Assembly (NCBI GenBank): GCA_964057225.1
Contig: OZ059897.1
Location: 20,770,001 to 20,834,000, forward strand
Direction: 5' to 3'
DNA length: 64,000 bases
Source of the DNA: Auanema rhodensis
Lineage: Eukaryota > Animalia > Nematoda
The notes under the pieces were generated by a model that saw only the letters and a program-made list of their open reading frames with translations, did no database searches and was not told the origin of the DNA. The position numbers and the translations under genes were made by a program. Positions 1 to 12,700 of this stretch are shown here, one piece after another. Within the stretch, counting starts at the first letter, position 1, and each line of letters opens with the position of its first letter.

Positions 1-137
1 TGCATTTTTAAGCTAGCGCAAATCTGATAACACAGATCGACGCAGCTTAAAAATCCGCATCGAATGCACTATACTACATTGAGAAAAGCTTAATACAAAA
101 ATTAGTTATGATCGTTTGAAAAATGATGCATTAGTGT

Positions 138-165
138 ATGTTGGGTTTCCATGTACACTCAACAT
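138..165. repeat. Inverted repeat (hairpin H2), 9-bp stem, 10-nt loop; present in every copy
   Basis: ATGTTG(A/G)GT (p138-146) pairs with ACTCAACAT (p157-165). Perfect in A144 monomers, one G-T pair in G144 monomers such as M1. Confidence 0.9.
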
Positions 166-172
166 TGCTTCC

Positions 173-238
173 AAAAACATTTTGACAAAAATTTTTTCGA
201 AAAATTTCAAAATAATTTAGCAAAAAGTAGATGTTTTT
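173..238. repeat. AT-rich dyad region (H3) containing the 12-bp palindrome TTTTTCGAAAAA
   Basis: AAAAACAT (173-180)/ATGTTTTT (231-238); ATTTTG (179-184)/CAAAAT (208-213); AAATTTTT (189-196)/AAAAATTT (200-207); perfect palindrome at 193-204. The low complexity makes chance pairing more likely here. Confidence 0.75.
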
Positions 239-315
239 AGATTCCATTTTTCAAGGCAAAGACGATGGACAATGTTATTCAACGAAAAAATTAATTCTTC
301 AGGGTGAAAATCGAG

Positions 316-337
316 GATATAAGTGTGAACTTATATC
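316..337. repeat. Inverted repeat (hairpin H4), 9-bp perfect stem with GTGA loop; present in almost every copy
   Basis: GATATAAGT (316-324) - GTGA - ACTTATATC (329-337), flanked by CGAG (312-315)/CTCG (347-350). Confidence 0.92.
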
Positions 338-347
338 AGTTGATATC

Positions 348-414
348 TCGGTGCATTTTTAAGCTAGCGCAAATCTGATAACACAGATCGACGCAGCTTA
401 AAAATCCGCATCGA
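348..414. repeat. Long imperfect inverted repeat (hairpin H1) spanning the arbitrary monomer junction; present in every copy
   Basis: ATTTTTAAGCT (p4-14) pairs with AGCTTAAAAAT (p44-54), 11 bp perfect. Inside: GCG p16-18/CGC p41-43, ATCTG p22-26/CAGAT p33-37, loop ATAACA. Outside: TCGGTGC (p348-3)/GCATCGA (p57-63) with one G-T pair and a CC bulge. Confidence 0.92.
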
Positions 415-3400
415 ATGCACTATACTACATGGAAGAACGCTTGATACAAAAATTAGTTATGATCGTTTGAAAAATGATGCATTAGTGTATGTTGAGTTTC
501 CATGTACACTCAACATTGCTTCCAAAAACATTTTGACAAAAATTTTTTCGAAAAATTTCAAAATAATTTAGCGAAAAATAGATGTTTTTAGATTCGATTT
601 TTCAAGGCAAAGACGATGGACAATGTTATTCAACGAAAAAATTAATTCTTCAGGGTGAAAATCGAGGATATAAGTGTGAACTTATATCAGTTGATATCTC
701 GGTGCATTTTTAAGCTAGCGCAAATCTGATAACACAGATCGACGCAGCTTAAAAATCCGCATCGAATGCACTATACTACATGGAAGAACGCTTGATACAA
801 AAATTAGTTATGATCGTTTGAAAAATGATGCATTAGTGTATGTTGAGTTTCCATGTACACTCAACATTGCTTCCAAAAACATTTTGACAAAAATTTTTTC
901 GAAAAATTTCAAAATAATTTAGCAAAAAGTAGATGTTTTTAGATTCCATTTTTCAAGGCAAAGACGATGGACAATGTTATTCAACGAAAAAATTAATTCT
1001 TCAGGGTGAAAATCGAGGATATAAGTGTGAACTTATATCAGTTGATATCTCGGTGCATTTTTAAGCTAGCGCAAATCTGATAACACAGATCGACGCAGCT
1101 TAAAAATCCGCATCGAATGCACTATACTACATGGAAGAACGCTTAATACAAAAATTAGTTATGATCGTTTGAAAAATGATGCATTAGTGTATGTTGAGTT
1201 TCCATGTACACTCAACATTGCTTCCAAAAACATTTTGACAAAAATTTTTTCGAAAAATTTCAAAATAATTTAGCAAAAAGTAGATGTTTTTAGATTCCAT
1301 TTTTCAAGGCAAAGACGATGGACAATGTTATTCAACGAAAAAATTAATTCTTCAGGGTGAAAATCGAGGATATAAGTGTGAACTTATATCAGTTGATATC
1401 TCGGTGCATTTTTAAGCTAGCGCAAATCTGATAACACAGATCGACGCAGCTTGAAAATCCGCATCGAATGCACTATATTACATTGAGAAAAACTTAATAC
1501 AAAAATTAGTTATGATCGTTTGAAAAATGATGCATTAGTGTATGTTGAGTTTCCATGTACACTCAACATTGCTTCCAAAAACATTTTGACAAAAATTTTT
1601 TCGAAAAATTTCAAAATAATTTAGCAAAAAGTAGATGTTTTTAGATTCCATTTTTCAAGGCAAAGACGATGGACAATGTTATTCAACGAAAAAATTAATT
1701 CTTCAGGGTGAAAATCGAGGATATAAGTGTGAACTTATATCAGTTGATATCTCGGTGCATTTTTAAGCTAGCGCAAATCTGATAACACAGATCGACGCAG
1801 CTTGAAAATCCGCATCGAATGCACTATATTACATTGAGAAAAACTTAATACAAAAATTAGTTATGATCGTTTGAAAAATGATGCATTAGTGTATGTTGAG
1901 TTTCCATGTACACTCAACATTGCTTCCAAAAACATTTTGACAAAAATTTTTTCGAAAAATTTCAAAATATTTTAGCAAAAAGTAGATGTTTTTAGACTCC
2001 ATTTTTCAAGGCAAAGACGATGGACAATGTTATTCAACGAAAAAATTAATTCTTCAGGGTGAAAATCGAGGATATAAGTGTGAACTTATATCAGTTGATA
2101 TCTCGGTGCATTTTTAAGCTAGCGCAAATCTGATAACACAGATCGACGCAGCTTAAAAATCCGCATCGAATGCACTATACTACATTGAAAAACGCTTAAT
2201 ACAAAAATTAGTTATGATCGTTTGAAAAATGATGCATTAGTGTATGTTGAGTTTCCATGTACACTCAACATTGCTTCCAAAAACATTTTGACAAAAATTT
2301 TTTCGAAAAATTTCAAAATAATTTAGCGAAAAATAGATGTTTTTAGATTCGATTTTTCAAGGCAAAGACGATGGACAATGTTATTCAACGAAAAAATTAA
2401 TTCTTCAGGGTGAAAATCGAGGATATAAGTGTGAACTTATATCAGTTGATATCTCGGTGCATTTTTAAGCTAGCGCAAATCTGATAACACAGATCGACGC
2501 AGCTTAAAAATCCGCATCGAATGCACTATACTACATTGAGAAAAGCTTAATACAAAAATTAGTTATGATCGTTTGAAAAATGATGCATTAGTGTATGTTG
2601 AGTTTCCATGTACACTCAACATTGCTTCCAAAAACATTTTGACAAAAATTTTTTCGAAAAATTTCAAAATAATTTAGCAAAAAGTAGATGTTTTTAGATT
2701 CCATTTTTCAAGGCAAAGACGATGGACAATGTTATTCAACGAAAAAATTAATTCTTCAGGGTGAAAATCGAGGATATAAGTGTGAACTTATATCAGTTGA
2801 TATCTCGGTGCATTTTTAAGCTAGCGCAAATCTGATAACACAGATCGACGCAGCTTGAAAATCCGCATCGAATGCACTATACTACATTGAAAAACGCTTA
2901 ATACAAAAATTAGTTATGATCGTTTGAAAAATGATGCATTAGTGTATGTTGAGTTTCCATGTACACTCAACATTGCTTCCAAAAACATTTTGACAAAAAT
3001 TTTTTCGAAAAATTTCAAAATAATTTAGCGAAAAATAGATGTTTTTAGATTCGATTTTTCAAGGCAAAGACGATGGACAATGTTATTCAACGAAAAAATT
3101 AATTCTTCAGGGTGAAAATCGAGGATATAAGTGTGAACTTATATCAGTTGATATCTCGGTGCATTTTTAAGCTAGCGCAAATCTGATAACACAGATCGAC
3201 GCAGCTTAAAAATCCGCATCGAATGCACTATACTACATTGAGAAAAGCTTAATACAAAAATTAGTTATGATCGTTTGAAAAATGATGCATTAGTGTATGT
3301 TGGGTTTCCATGTACACTCAACATTGCTTCCAAAAACATTTTGACAAAAATTTTTTCGAAAAATTTCAAAATAATTTAGCAAAAAGTAGATGTTTTTAGA

Positions 3401-3731
3401 CTCCATTTTTCAAGGCAAAGACGATGGACAATGTTATTCAACGAAAAAATTAATTCTTCAGGGTGAAAATCGAGGATATAAGTGTGAACTTATATCAGTT
3501 GATATCTCGGTGCATTTTTAAGCTAGCGCAAATCTGATAACACAGATCGACGCAGCTTAAAAATCCGCATCGAATGCACTATACTACATTGAAAAACGCT
3601 TAATACAAAAATTAGTTATGATCGTTTGAAAAATGATGCATTAGTGTATGTTGAGTTTCCATGTACACTCAACATTGCTTCCAAAAACATTTTGACAAAA
3701 ATTTTTTCGAAAAATTTCAAAATAATTTAGC

Positions 3732-6700
3732 GAAAAATAGATGTTTTTAGATTCGATTTTTCAAGGCAAAGACGATGGACAATGTTATTCAACGAAAAAA
3801 TTAATTCTTCAGGGTGAAAATCGAGGATATAATTGTGAACTTATATCAGTTGATATCTCGGTGCATTTTTAAGCTAGCGCAAATCTGATAACACAGATCG
3901 ACGCAGCTTAAAAATCCGCATCGAATGCACTATACTACATTGAAAAACGCTTAATACAAAAATTAGTTATGATCGTTTGAAAAATGATGCATTAGTGTAT
4001 GTTGAGTTTCCATGTACACTCAACATTGCTTCCAAAAACATTTTGACAAAAATTTTTTCGAAAAATTTCAAAATAATTTAGCGAAAAATAGATGTTTTTA
4101 GATTCGATTTTTCAAGGCAAAGACGATGGACAATGTTATTCAACGAAAAAATTAATTCTTCAGGGTGAAAATCGAGGATATAAGTGTGAACTTATATCAG
4201 TTGATATCTCGGTGCATTTTTAAGCTAGCGCAAATCTGATAACACAGATCGACGCAGCTTAAAAATCCGCATCGAATGCACTATACTACATTGAGAAAAG
4301 CTTAATACAAAAATTAGTTATGATCGTTTGAAAAATGATGCATTAGTGTATGTTGGGTTTCCATGTACACTCAACATTGCTTCCAAAAACATTTTGACAA
4401 AAATTTTTTCGAAAAATTTCAAAATAATTTAGCAAAAAGTAGATGTTTTTAGATTCCATTTTTCAAGGCAAAGACGATGGACAATGTTATTCAACGAAAA
4501 AATTAATTCTTCAGGGTGAAAATCGAGGATATAAGTGTGAACTTATATCAGTTGATATCTCGGTGCATTTTTAAGCTAGCGCAAATCTGATAACACAGAT
4601 CGACGCAGCTTAAAAATCCGCATCGAATGCACTATACTACATTGAGAAAAGCTTAATACAAAAATTAGTTATGATCGTTTGAAAAATGATGCATTAGTGT
4701 ATGTTGGGTTTCCATGTACACTCAACATTGCTTCCAAAAACATTTTGACAAAAATTTTTTCGAAAAATTTCAAAATAATTTAGCAAAAAGTAGATGTTTT
4801 TAGACTCCATTTTTCAAGGCAAAGACGATGGACAATGTTATTCAACGAAAAAATTAATTCTTCAGGGTGAAAATCGAGGATATAAGTGTGAACTTATATC
4901 AGTTGATATCTCGGTGCATTTTTAAGCTAGCGCAAATCTGATAACACAGATCGACGCAGCTTGAAAATCCGCATCGAATGCACTATACTACATTGAAAAA
5001 CGCTTAATACAAAAATTAGTTATGATCGTTTGAAAAATGATGCATTAGTGTATGTTGAGTTTCCATGTACACTCAACATTGCTTCCAAAAACATTTTGAC
5101 AAAAATTTTTTCGAAAAATTTCAAAATAATTTAGCGAAAAATAGATGTTTTTAGATTCGATTTTTCAAGGCAAAGACGATGGACAATGTTATTCAACGAA
5201 AAAATTAATTCTTCAGGGTGAAAATCGAGGATATAAGTGTGAACTTATATCAGTTGATATCTCGGTGCATTTTTAAGCTAGCGCAAATCTGATAACACAG
5301 ATCGACGCAGCTTAAAAATCCGCATCGAATGCACTATACTACATTGAGAAAAGCTTAATACAAAAATTAGTTATGATCGTTTGAAAAATGATGCATTAGT
5401 GTATGTTGGGTTTCCATGTACACTCAACATTGCTTCCAAAAACATTTTGACAAAAATTTTTTCGAAAAATTTCAAAATAATTTAGCAAAAAGTAGATGTT
5501 TTTAGACTCCATTTTTCAAGGCAAAGACGATGGACAATGTTATTCAACGAAAAAATTAATTCTTCAGGGTGAAAATCGAGGATATAAGTGTGAACTTATA
5601 TCAGTTGATATCTCGGTGCATTTTTAAGCTAGCGCAAATCTGATAACACAGATCGACGAAGCTTAAAAATCCGCATCGAATGCACTATACTACATTGAAA
5701 AACGCTTAATACAAAAATTAGTTATGATCGTTTGAAAAATGATGCATTAGTGTATGTTGAGTTTCCATGTACACTCAACATTGCTTCCAAAAACATTTTG
5801 ACAAAAATTTTTTCGAAAAATTTCAAAATAATTTAGCGAAAAATAGATGTTTTTAGATTCGATTTTTCAAGGCAAAGACGATGGACAATGTTATTCAACG
5901 AAAAAATTAATTCTTCAGGGTGAAAATCGAGGATATAATTGTGAACTTATATCAGTTGATATCTCGGTGCATTTTTAAGCTAGCGCAAATCTGATAACAC
6001 AGATCGACGCAGCTTAAAAATCCGCATCGAATGCACTATACTACATTGAAAAACGCTTAATACAAAAATTAGTTATGATCGTTTGAAAAATGATGCATTA
6101 GTGTATGTTGAGTTTCCATGTACACTCAACATTGCTTCCAAAAACATTTTGACAAAAATTTTTTCGAAAAATTTCAAAATAATTTAGCGAAAAATAGATG
6201 TTTTTAGATTCGATTTTTCAAGGCAAAGACGATGGACAATGTTATTCAACGAAAAAATTAATTCTTCAGGGTGAAAATCGAGGATATAAGTGTGAACTTA
6301 TATCAGTTGATATCTCGGTGCATTTTTAAGCTAGCGCAAATCTGATAACACAGATCGACGCAGCTTAAAAATCCGCATCGAATGCACTATACTACATTGA
6401 GAAAAGCTTAATACAAAAATTAGTTATGATCGTTTGAAAAATGATGCATTAGTGTATGTTGGGTTTCCATGTACACTCAACATTGCTTCCAAAAACATTT
6501 TGACAAAAATTTTTTCGAAAAATTTCAAAATAATTTAGCAAAAAGTAGATGTTTTTAGACTCCATTTTTCAAGGCAAAGACGATGGACAATGTTATTCAA
6601 CGAAAAAATTAATTCTTCAGGGTGAAAATCGAGGATATAAGTGTGAACTTATATCAGTTGATATCTCGGTGCATTTTTAAGCTAGCGCAAATCTGATAAC

Positions 6701-9700
6701 ACAGATCGACGAAGCTTAAAAATCCGCATCGAATGCACTATACTACATTGAAAAACGCTTAATACAAAAATTAGTTATGATCGTTTGAAAAATGATGCAT
6801 TAGTGTATGTTGAGTTTCCATGTACACTCAACATTGCTTCCAAAAACATTTTGACAAAAATTTTTTCGAAAAATTTCAAAATAATTTAGCGAAAAATAGA
6901 TGTTTTTAGATTCGATTTTTCAAGGCAAAGACGATGGACAATGTTATTCAACGAAAAAATTAATTCTTCAGGGTGAAAATCGAGGATATAATTGTGAACT
7001 TATATCAGTTGATATCTCGGTGCATTTTTAAGCTAGCGCAAATCTGATAACACAGATCGACGCAGCTTAAAAATCCGCATCGAATGCACTATACTACATT
7101 GAAAAACGCTTAATACAAAAATTAGTTATGATCGTTTGAAAAATGATGCATTAGTGTATGTTGAGTTTCCATGTACACTCAACATTGCTTCCAAAAACAT
7201 TTTGACAAAAATTTTTTCGAAAAATTTCAAAATAATTTAGCGAAAAATAGATGTTTTTAGATTCGATTTTTCAAGGCAAAGACGATGGACAATGTTATTC
7301 AACGAAAAAATTAATTCTTCAGGGTGAAAATCGAGGATATAAGTGTGAACTTATATCAGTTGATATCTCGGTGCATTTTTAAGCTAGCGCAAATCTGATA
7401 ACACAGATCGACGCAGCTTAAAAATCCGCATCGAATGCACTATACTACATTGAGAAAAGCTTAATACAAAAATTAGTTATGATCGTTTGAAAAATGATGC
7501 ATTAGTGTATGTTGGGTTTCCATGTACACTCAACATTGCTTCCAAAAACATTTTGACAAAAATTTTTTCGAAAAATTTCAAAATAATTTAGCAAAAAGTA
7601 GATGTTTTTAGATTCCATTTTTCAAGGCAAAGACGATGGACAATGTTATTCAACGAAAAAATTAATTCTTCAGGGTGAAAATCGAGGATATAAGTGTGAA
7701 CTTATATCAGTTGATATCTCGGTGCATTTTTAAGCTAGCGCAAATCTGATAACACAGATCGACGCAGCTTAAAAATCCGCATCGAATGCACTATACTACA
7801 TTGAAAAACGCTTAATACAAAAATTAGTTATGATCGTTTGAAAAATGATGCATTAGTGTATGTTGAGTTTCCATGTACACTCAACATTGCTTCCAAAAAC
7901 ATTTTGACAAAAATTTTTTCGAAAAATTTCAAAATAATTTAGCGAAAAATAGATGTTTTTAGATTCGATTTTTCAAGGCAAAGACGATGGACAATGTTAT
8001 TCAACGAAAAAATTAATTCTTCAGGGTGAAAATCGAGGATATAAGTGTGAACTTATATCAGTTGATATCTCGGTGCATTTTTAAGCTATCGCAAATCTGA
8101 TAACACAGATCGACGCAGCTTAAAAATCCGCATCGAATGCACTATACTACATTGAGAAAAGCTTAATACAAAAATTAGTTATGATCGTTTGAAAAATGAT
8201 GCATTAGTGTATGTTGGGTTTCCATGTACACTCAACATTGCTTCCAAAAACATTTTGACAAAAATTTTTTCGAAAAATTTCAAAATAATTTAGCAAAAAG
8301 TAGATGTTTTTAGATTCCATTTTTCAAGGCAAAGACGATGGACAATGTTATTCAACGAAAAAATTAATTCTTCAGGGTGAAAATCGAGGATATAAGTGTG
8401 AACTTATATCAGTTGATATCTCGGTGCATTTTTAAGCTAGCGCAAATCTGATAACACAGATCGACGCAGCTTAAAAATCCGCATCGAATGCACTATACTA
8501 CATTGAAAAACGCTTAATACAAAAATTAGTTATGATCGTTTGAAAAATGATGCATTAGTGTATGTTGAGTTTCCATGTACACTCAACATTGCTTCCAAAA
8601 ACATTTTGACAAAAATTTTTTCGAAAAATTTCAAAATAATTTAGCAAAAAGTAGATGTTTTTAGATTCCATTTTTCAAGGCAAAGACGATGGACAATGTT
8701 ATTCAACGAAAAAATTAATTCTTCAGGGTGAAAATCGAGGATATAAGTGTGAACTTATATCAGTTGATATCTCGGTGCATTTTTAAGCTAGCGCAAATCT
8801 GATAACACAGATCGACGCAGCTTAAAAATCCGCATCGAATGCACTATACTACATTGAGAAAAGCTTAATACAAAAATTAGTTATGATCGTTTGAAAAATG
8901 ATGCATTAGTGTATGTTGAGTTTCCATGTACACTCAACATTGCTTCCAAAAACATTTTGACAAAAATTTTTTCGAAAAATTTCAAAATAATTTAGCAAAA
9001 AGTAGATGTTTTTAGATTCCATTTTTCAAGGCAAAGACGATGGACAATGTTATTCAACGAAAAAATTAATTCTTCAGGGTGAAAATCGAGGATATAAGTG
9101 TGAACTTATATCAGTTGATATCTCGGTGCATTTTTAAGCTAGCGCAAATCTGATAACACAGATCGACGCAGCTTGAAAATCCGCATCGAATGCACTATAT
9201 TACATTAAGAAAAGCTTAATACAAAAATTAGTTATGATCGTTTGAAAAATGATGCATTAGTGTATGTTGAGTTTCCATGTACACTCAACATTGCTTCCAA
9301 AAACATTTTGACAAAAATTTTTTCGAAAAATTTCAAAATAATTTAGCAAAAAGTAGATGTTTTTAGACTCCATTTTTCAAGGCAAAGACGATGGACAATG
9401 TTATTCAACGAAAAAATTAATTCTTCAGGGTGAAAATCGAGGATATAAGTGTGAACTTATATCAGTTGATATCTCGGTGCATTTTTAAGCTAGCGCAAAT
9501 CTGATAACACAGATCGACGCAGCTTAAAAATCCGCATCGAATGCACTATACTACATTGAAAAACGCTTAATACAAAAATTAGTTATGATCGTTTGAAAAA
9601 TGATGCATTAGTGTATGTTGAGTTTCCATGTACACTCAACATTGCTTCCAAAAACATTTTGACAAAAATTTTTTCGAAAAATTTCAAAATAATTTAGCGA

Positions 9701-12700
9701 AAAATAGATGTTTTTAGATTCGATTTTTCAAGGCAAAGACGATGGACAATGTTATTCAACGAAAAAATTAATTCTTCAGGGTGAAAATCGAGGATATAAG
9801 TGTGAACTTATATCAGTTGATATCTCGGTGCATTTTTAAGCTAGCGCAAATCTGATAACACAGATCGACGCAGCTTAAAAATCCGCATCGAATGCACTAT
9901 ACTACATTGAGAAAAGCTTAATACAAAAATTAGTTATGATCGTTTGAAAAATGATGCATTAGTGTATGTTGGGTTTCCATGTACACTCAACATTGCTTCC
10001 AAAAACATTTTGACAAAAATTTTTTCGAAAAATTTCAAAATAATTTAGCGAAAAATAGATGTTTTTAGATTCGATTTTTCAAGGCAAAGACGATGGACAA
10101 TGTTATTCAACGAAAAAATTAATTCTTCAGGGTGAAAATCGAGGATATAATTGTGAACTTATATCAGTTGATATCTCGGTGCATTTTTAAGCTAGCGCAA
10201 ATCTGATAACACAGATCGACGCAGCTTAAAAATCCGCATCGAATGCACTATACTACATTGAAAAACGCTTAATACAAAAATTAGTTATGATCGTTTGAAA
10301 AATGATGCATTAGTGTATGTTGAGTTTCCATGTACACTCAACATTGCTTCCAAAAACATTTTGACAAAAATTTTTTCGAAAAATTTCAAAATAATTTAGC
10401 GAAAAATAGATGTTTTTAGATTCGATTTTTCAAGGCAAAGACGATGGACAATGTTATTCAACGAAAAAATTAATTCTTCAGGGTGAAAATCGAGGATATA
10501 AGTGTGAACTTATATCAGTTGATATCTCGGTGCATTTTTAAGCTAGCGCAAATCTGATAACACAGATCGACGCAGCTTAAAAATCCGCATCGAATGCACT
10601 ATACTACATTGAGAAAAGCTTAATACAAAAATTAGTTATGATCGTTTGAAAAATGATGCATTAGTGTATGTTGGGTTTCCATGTACACTCAACATTGCTT
10701 CCAAAAACATTTTGACAAAAATTTTTTCGAAAAATTTCAAAATAATTTAGCAAAAAGTAGATGTTTTTAGATTCCATTTTTCAAGGCAAAGACGATGGAC
10801 AATGTTATTCAACGAAAAAATTAATTCTTCAGGGTGAAAATCGAGGATATAAGTGTGAACTTATATCAGTTGATATCTCGGTGCATTTTTAAGCTAGCGC
10901 AAATCTGATAACACAGATCGACGCAGCTTAAAAATCCGCATCGAATGCACTATACTACATTGAGAAAAGCTTAATACAAAAATTAGTTATGATCGTTTGA
11001 AAAATGATGCATTAGTGTATGTTGGGTTTCCATGTACACTCAACATTGCTTCCAAAAACATTTTGACAAAAATTTTTTCGAAAAATTTCAAAATAATTTA
11101 GCAAAAAGTAGATGTTTTTAGACTCCATTTTTCAAGGCAAAGACGATGGACAATGTTATTCAACGAAAAAATTAATTCTTCAGGGTGAAAATCGAGGATA
11201 TAAGTGTGAACTTATATCAGTTGATATCTCGGTGCATTTTTAAGCTAGCGCAAATCTGATAACACAGATCGACGCAGCTTGAAAATCCGCATCGAATGCA
11301 CTATACTACATTGAAAAACGCTTAATACAAAAATTAGTTATGATCGTTTGAAAAATGATGCATTAGTGTATGTTGAGTTTCCATGTACACTCAACATTGC
11401 TTCCAAAAACATTTTGACAAAAATTTTTTCGAAAAATTTCAAAATAATTTAGCGAAAAATAGATGTTTTTAGATTCGATTTTTCAAGGCAAAGACGATGG
11501 ACAATGTTATTCAACGAAAAAATTAATTCTTCAGGGTGAAAATCGAGGATATAAGTGTGAACTTATATCAGTTGATATCTCGGTGCATTTTTAAGCTAGC
11601 GCAAATCTGATAACACAGATCGACGCAGCTTAAAAATCCGCATCGAATGCACTATACTACATTGAGAAAAGCTTAATACAAAAATTAGTTATGATCGTTT
11701 GAAAAATGATGCATTAGTGTATGTTGGGTTTCCATGTACACTCAACATTGCTTCCAAAAACATTTTGACAAAAATTTTTTCGAAAAATTTCAAAATAATT
11801 TAGCAAAAAGTAGATGTTTTTAGACTCCATTTTTCAAGGCAAAGACGATGGACAATGTTATTCAACGAAAAAATTAATTCTTCAGGGTGAAAATCGAGGA
11901 TATAAGTGTGAACTTATATCAGTTGATATCTCGGTGCATTTTTAAGCTAGCGCAAATCTGATAACACAGATCGACGAAGCTTAAAAATCCGCATCGAATG
12001 CACTATACTACATTGAAAAACGCTTAATACAAAAATTAGTTATGATCGTTTGAAAAATGATGCATTAGTGTATGTTGAGTTTCCATGTACACTCAACATT
12101 GCTTCCAAAAACATTTTGACAAAAATTTTTTCGAAAAATTTCAAAATAATTTAGCGAAAAATAGATGTTTTTAGATTCGATTTTTCAAGGCAAAGACGAT
12201 GGACAATGTTATTCAACGAAAAAATTAATTCTTCAGGGTGAAAATCGAGGATATAATTGTGAACTTATATCAGTTGATATCTCGGTGCATTTTTAAGCTA
12301 GCGCAAATCTGATAACACAGATCGACGCAGCTTAAAAATCCGCATCGAATGCACTATACTACATTGAAAAACGCTTAATACAAAAATTAGTTATGATCGT
12401 TTGAAAAATGATGCATTAGTGTATGTTGAGTTTCCATGTACACTCAACATTGCTTCCAAAAACATTTTGACAAAAATTTTTTCGAAAAATTTCAAAATAA
12501 TTTAGCGAAAAATAGATGTTTTTAGATTCGATTTTTCAAGGCAAAGACGATGGACAATGTTATTCAACGAAAAAATTAATTCTTCAGGGTGAAAATCGAG
12601 GATATAAGTGTGAACTTATATCAGTTGATATCTCGGTGCATTTTTAAGCTAGCGCAAATCTGATAACACAGATCGACGCAGCTTAAAAATCCGCATCGAA

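Larger units (their letters stand above)
111..266. repeat. Long-range inverted repeat enclosing hairpins H2 and H3; present in every copy
   Basis: TTGAAAAATG (116-125) pairs with CATTTTTCAA (245-254), 10 bp perfect (9 bp in G245 monomers). It extends through ATCGT (111-115)/ACGAT (262-266) across a 7-nt bulge. Confidence 0.8.

Noticed and set aside
182-216. Bacterial sigma70 promoter (TTGACA p182-187, AATAAT p211-216)
   Set aside because: The spacer is 23 bp rather than about 17, there is no downstream gene, and such matches are expected by chance in AT-rich DNA.
193-260. CENP-B box (nTTCGnnnnAnnCGGGn)
   Set aside because: TTCG is present at p196-199 (and p242-245 in one variant), but the CGGG half is absent.
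245-302. Satellite-encoded hammerhead ribozyme (as in newt, cave cricket and schistosome satellites): the - strand has CUGAAGA at p302-296 with a downstream GAAA, and the + strand has CUGAUAA at p24-30
   Set aside because: I could not form a stem II between CUGANGA and GAAA, or stems I and III around an NUH site. The + strand motif lacks the conserved G8. An Infernal search with Rfam hammerhead models on a monomer dimer would settle it.
318-341. Pol II core promoter (TATAA p318-322 plus arthropod-type initiator TCAGTT p336-341)
   Set aside because: The TATA-like motif is about 20 bp upstream rather than about 30, and there is no DPE match at +28. A lone hexamer is insufficient evidence.
1-351. 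Repetitive protein-coding ORF (351 = 117 codons, so the frame is preserved between copies)
   Set aside because: All six frames stop in every monomer: + strand TGA p25-27, TAG p14-16 and TAA p9-11; - strand stops from CTA p13-15, TTA p8-10 and CTA p69-71.
1-351. Assignment to a known satellite family of similar size (Drosophila 359-bp 1.688, Tribolium ~350-360-bp satellites) or to a 5S rRNA, tRNA or spliced-leader tandem array
   Set aside because: I recognise no diagnostic sequence match, and similar length and AT content are not evidence. A database search is needed.
1-351. Monomer as a dimer of two ~175-bp subunits
   Set aside because: By eye the two halves share only short A-tract motifs. 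A self-alignment could still reveal very old similarity.
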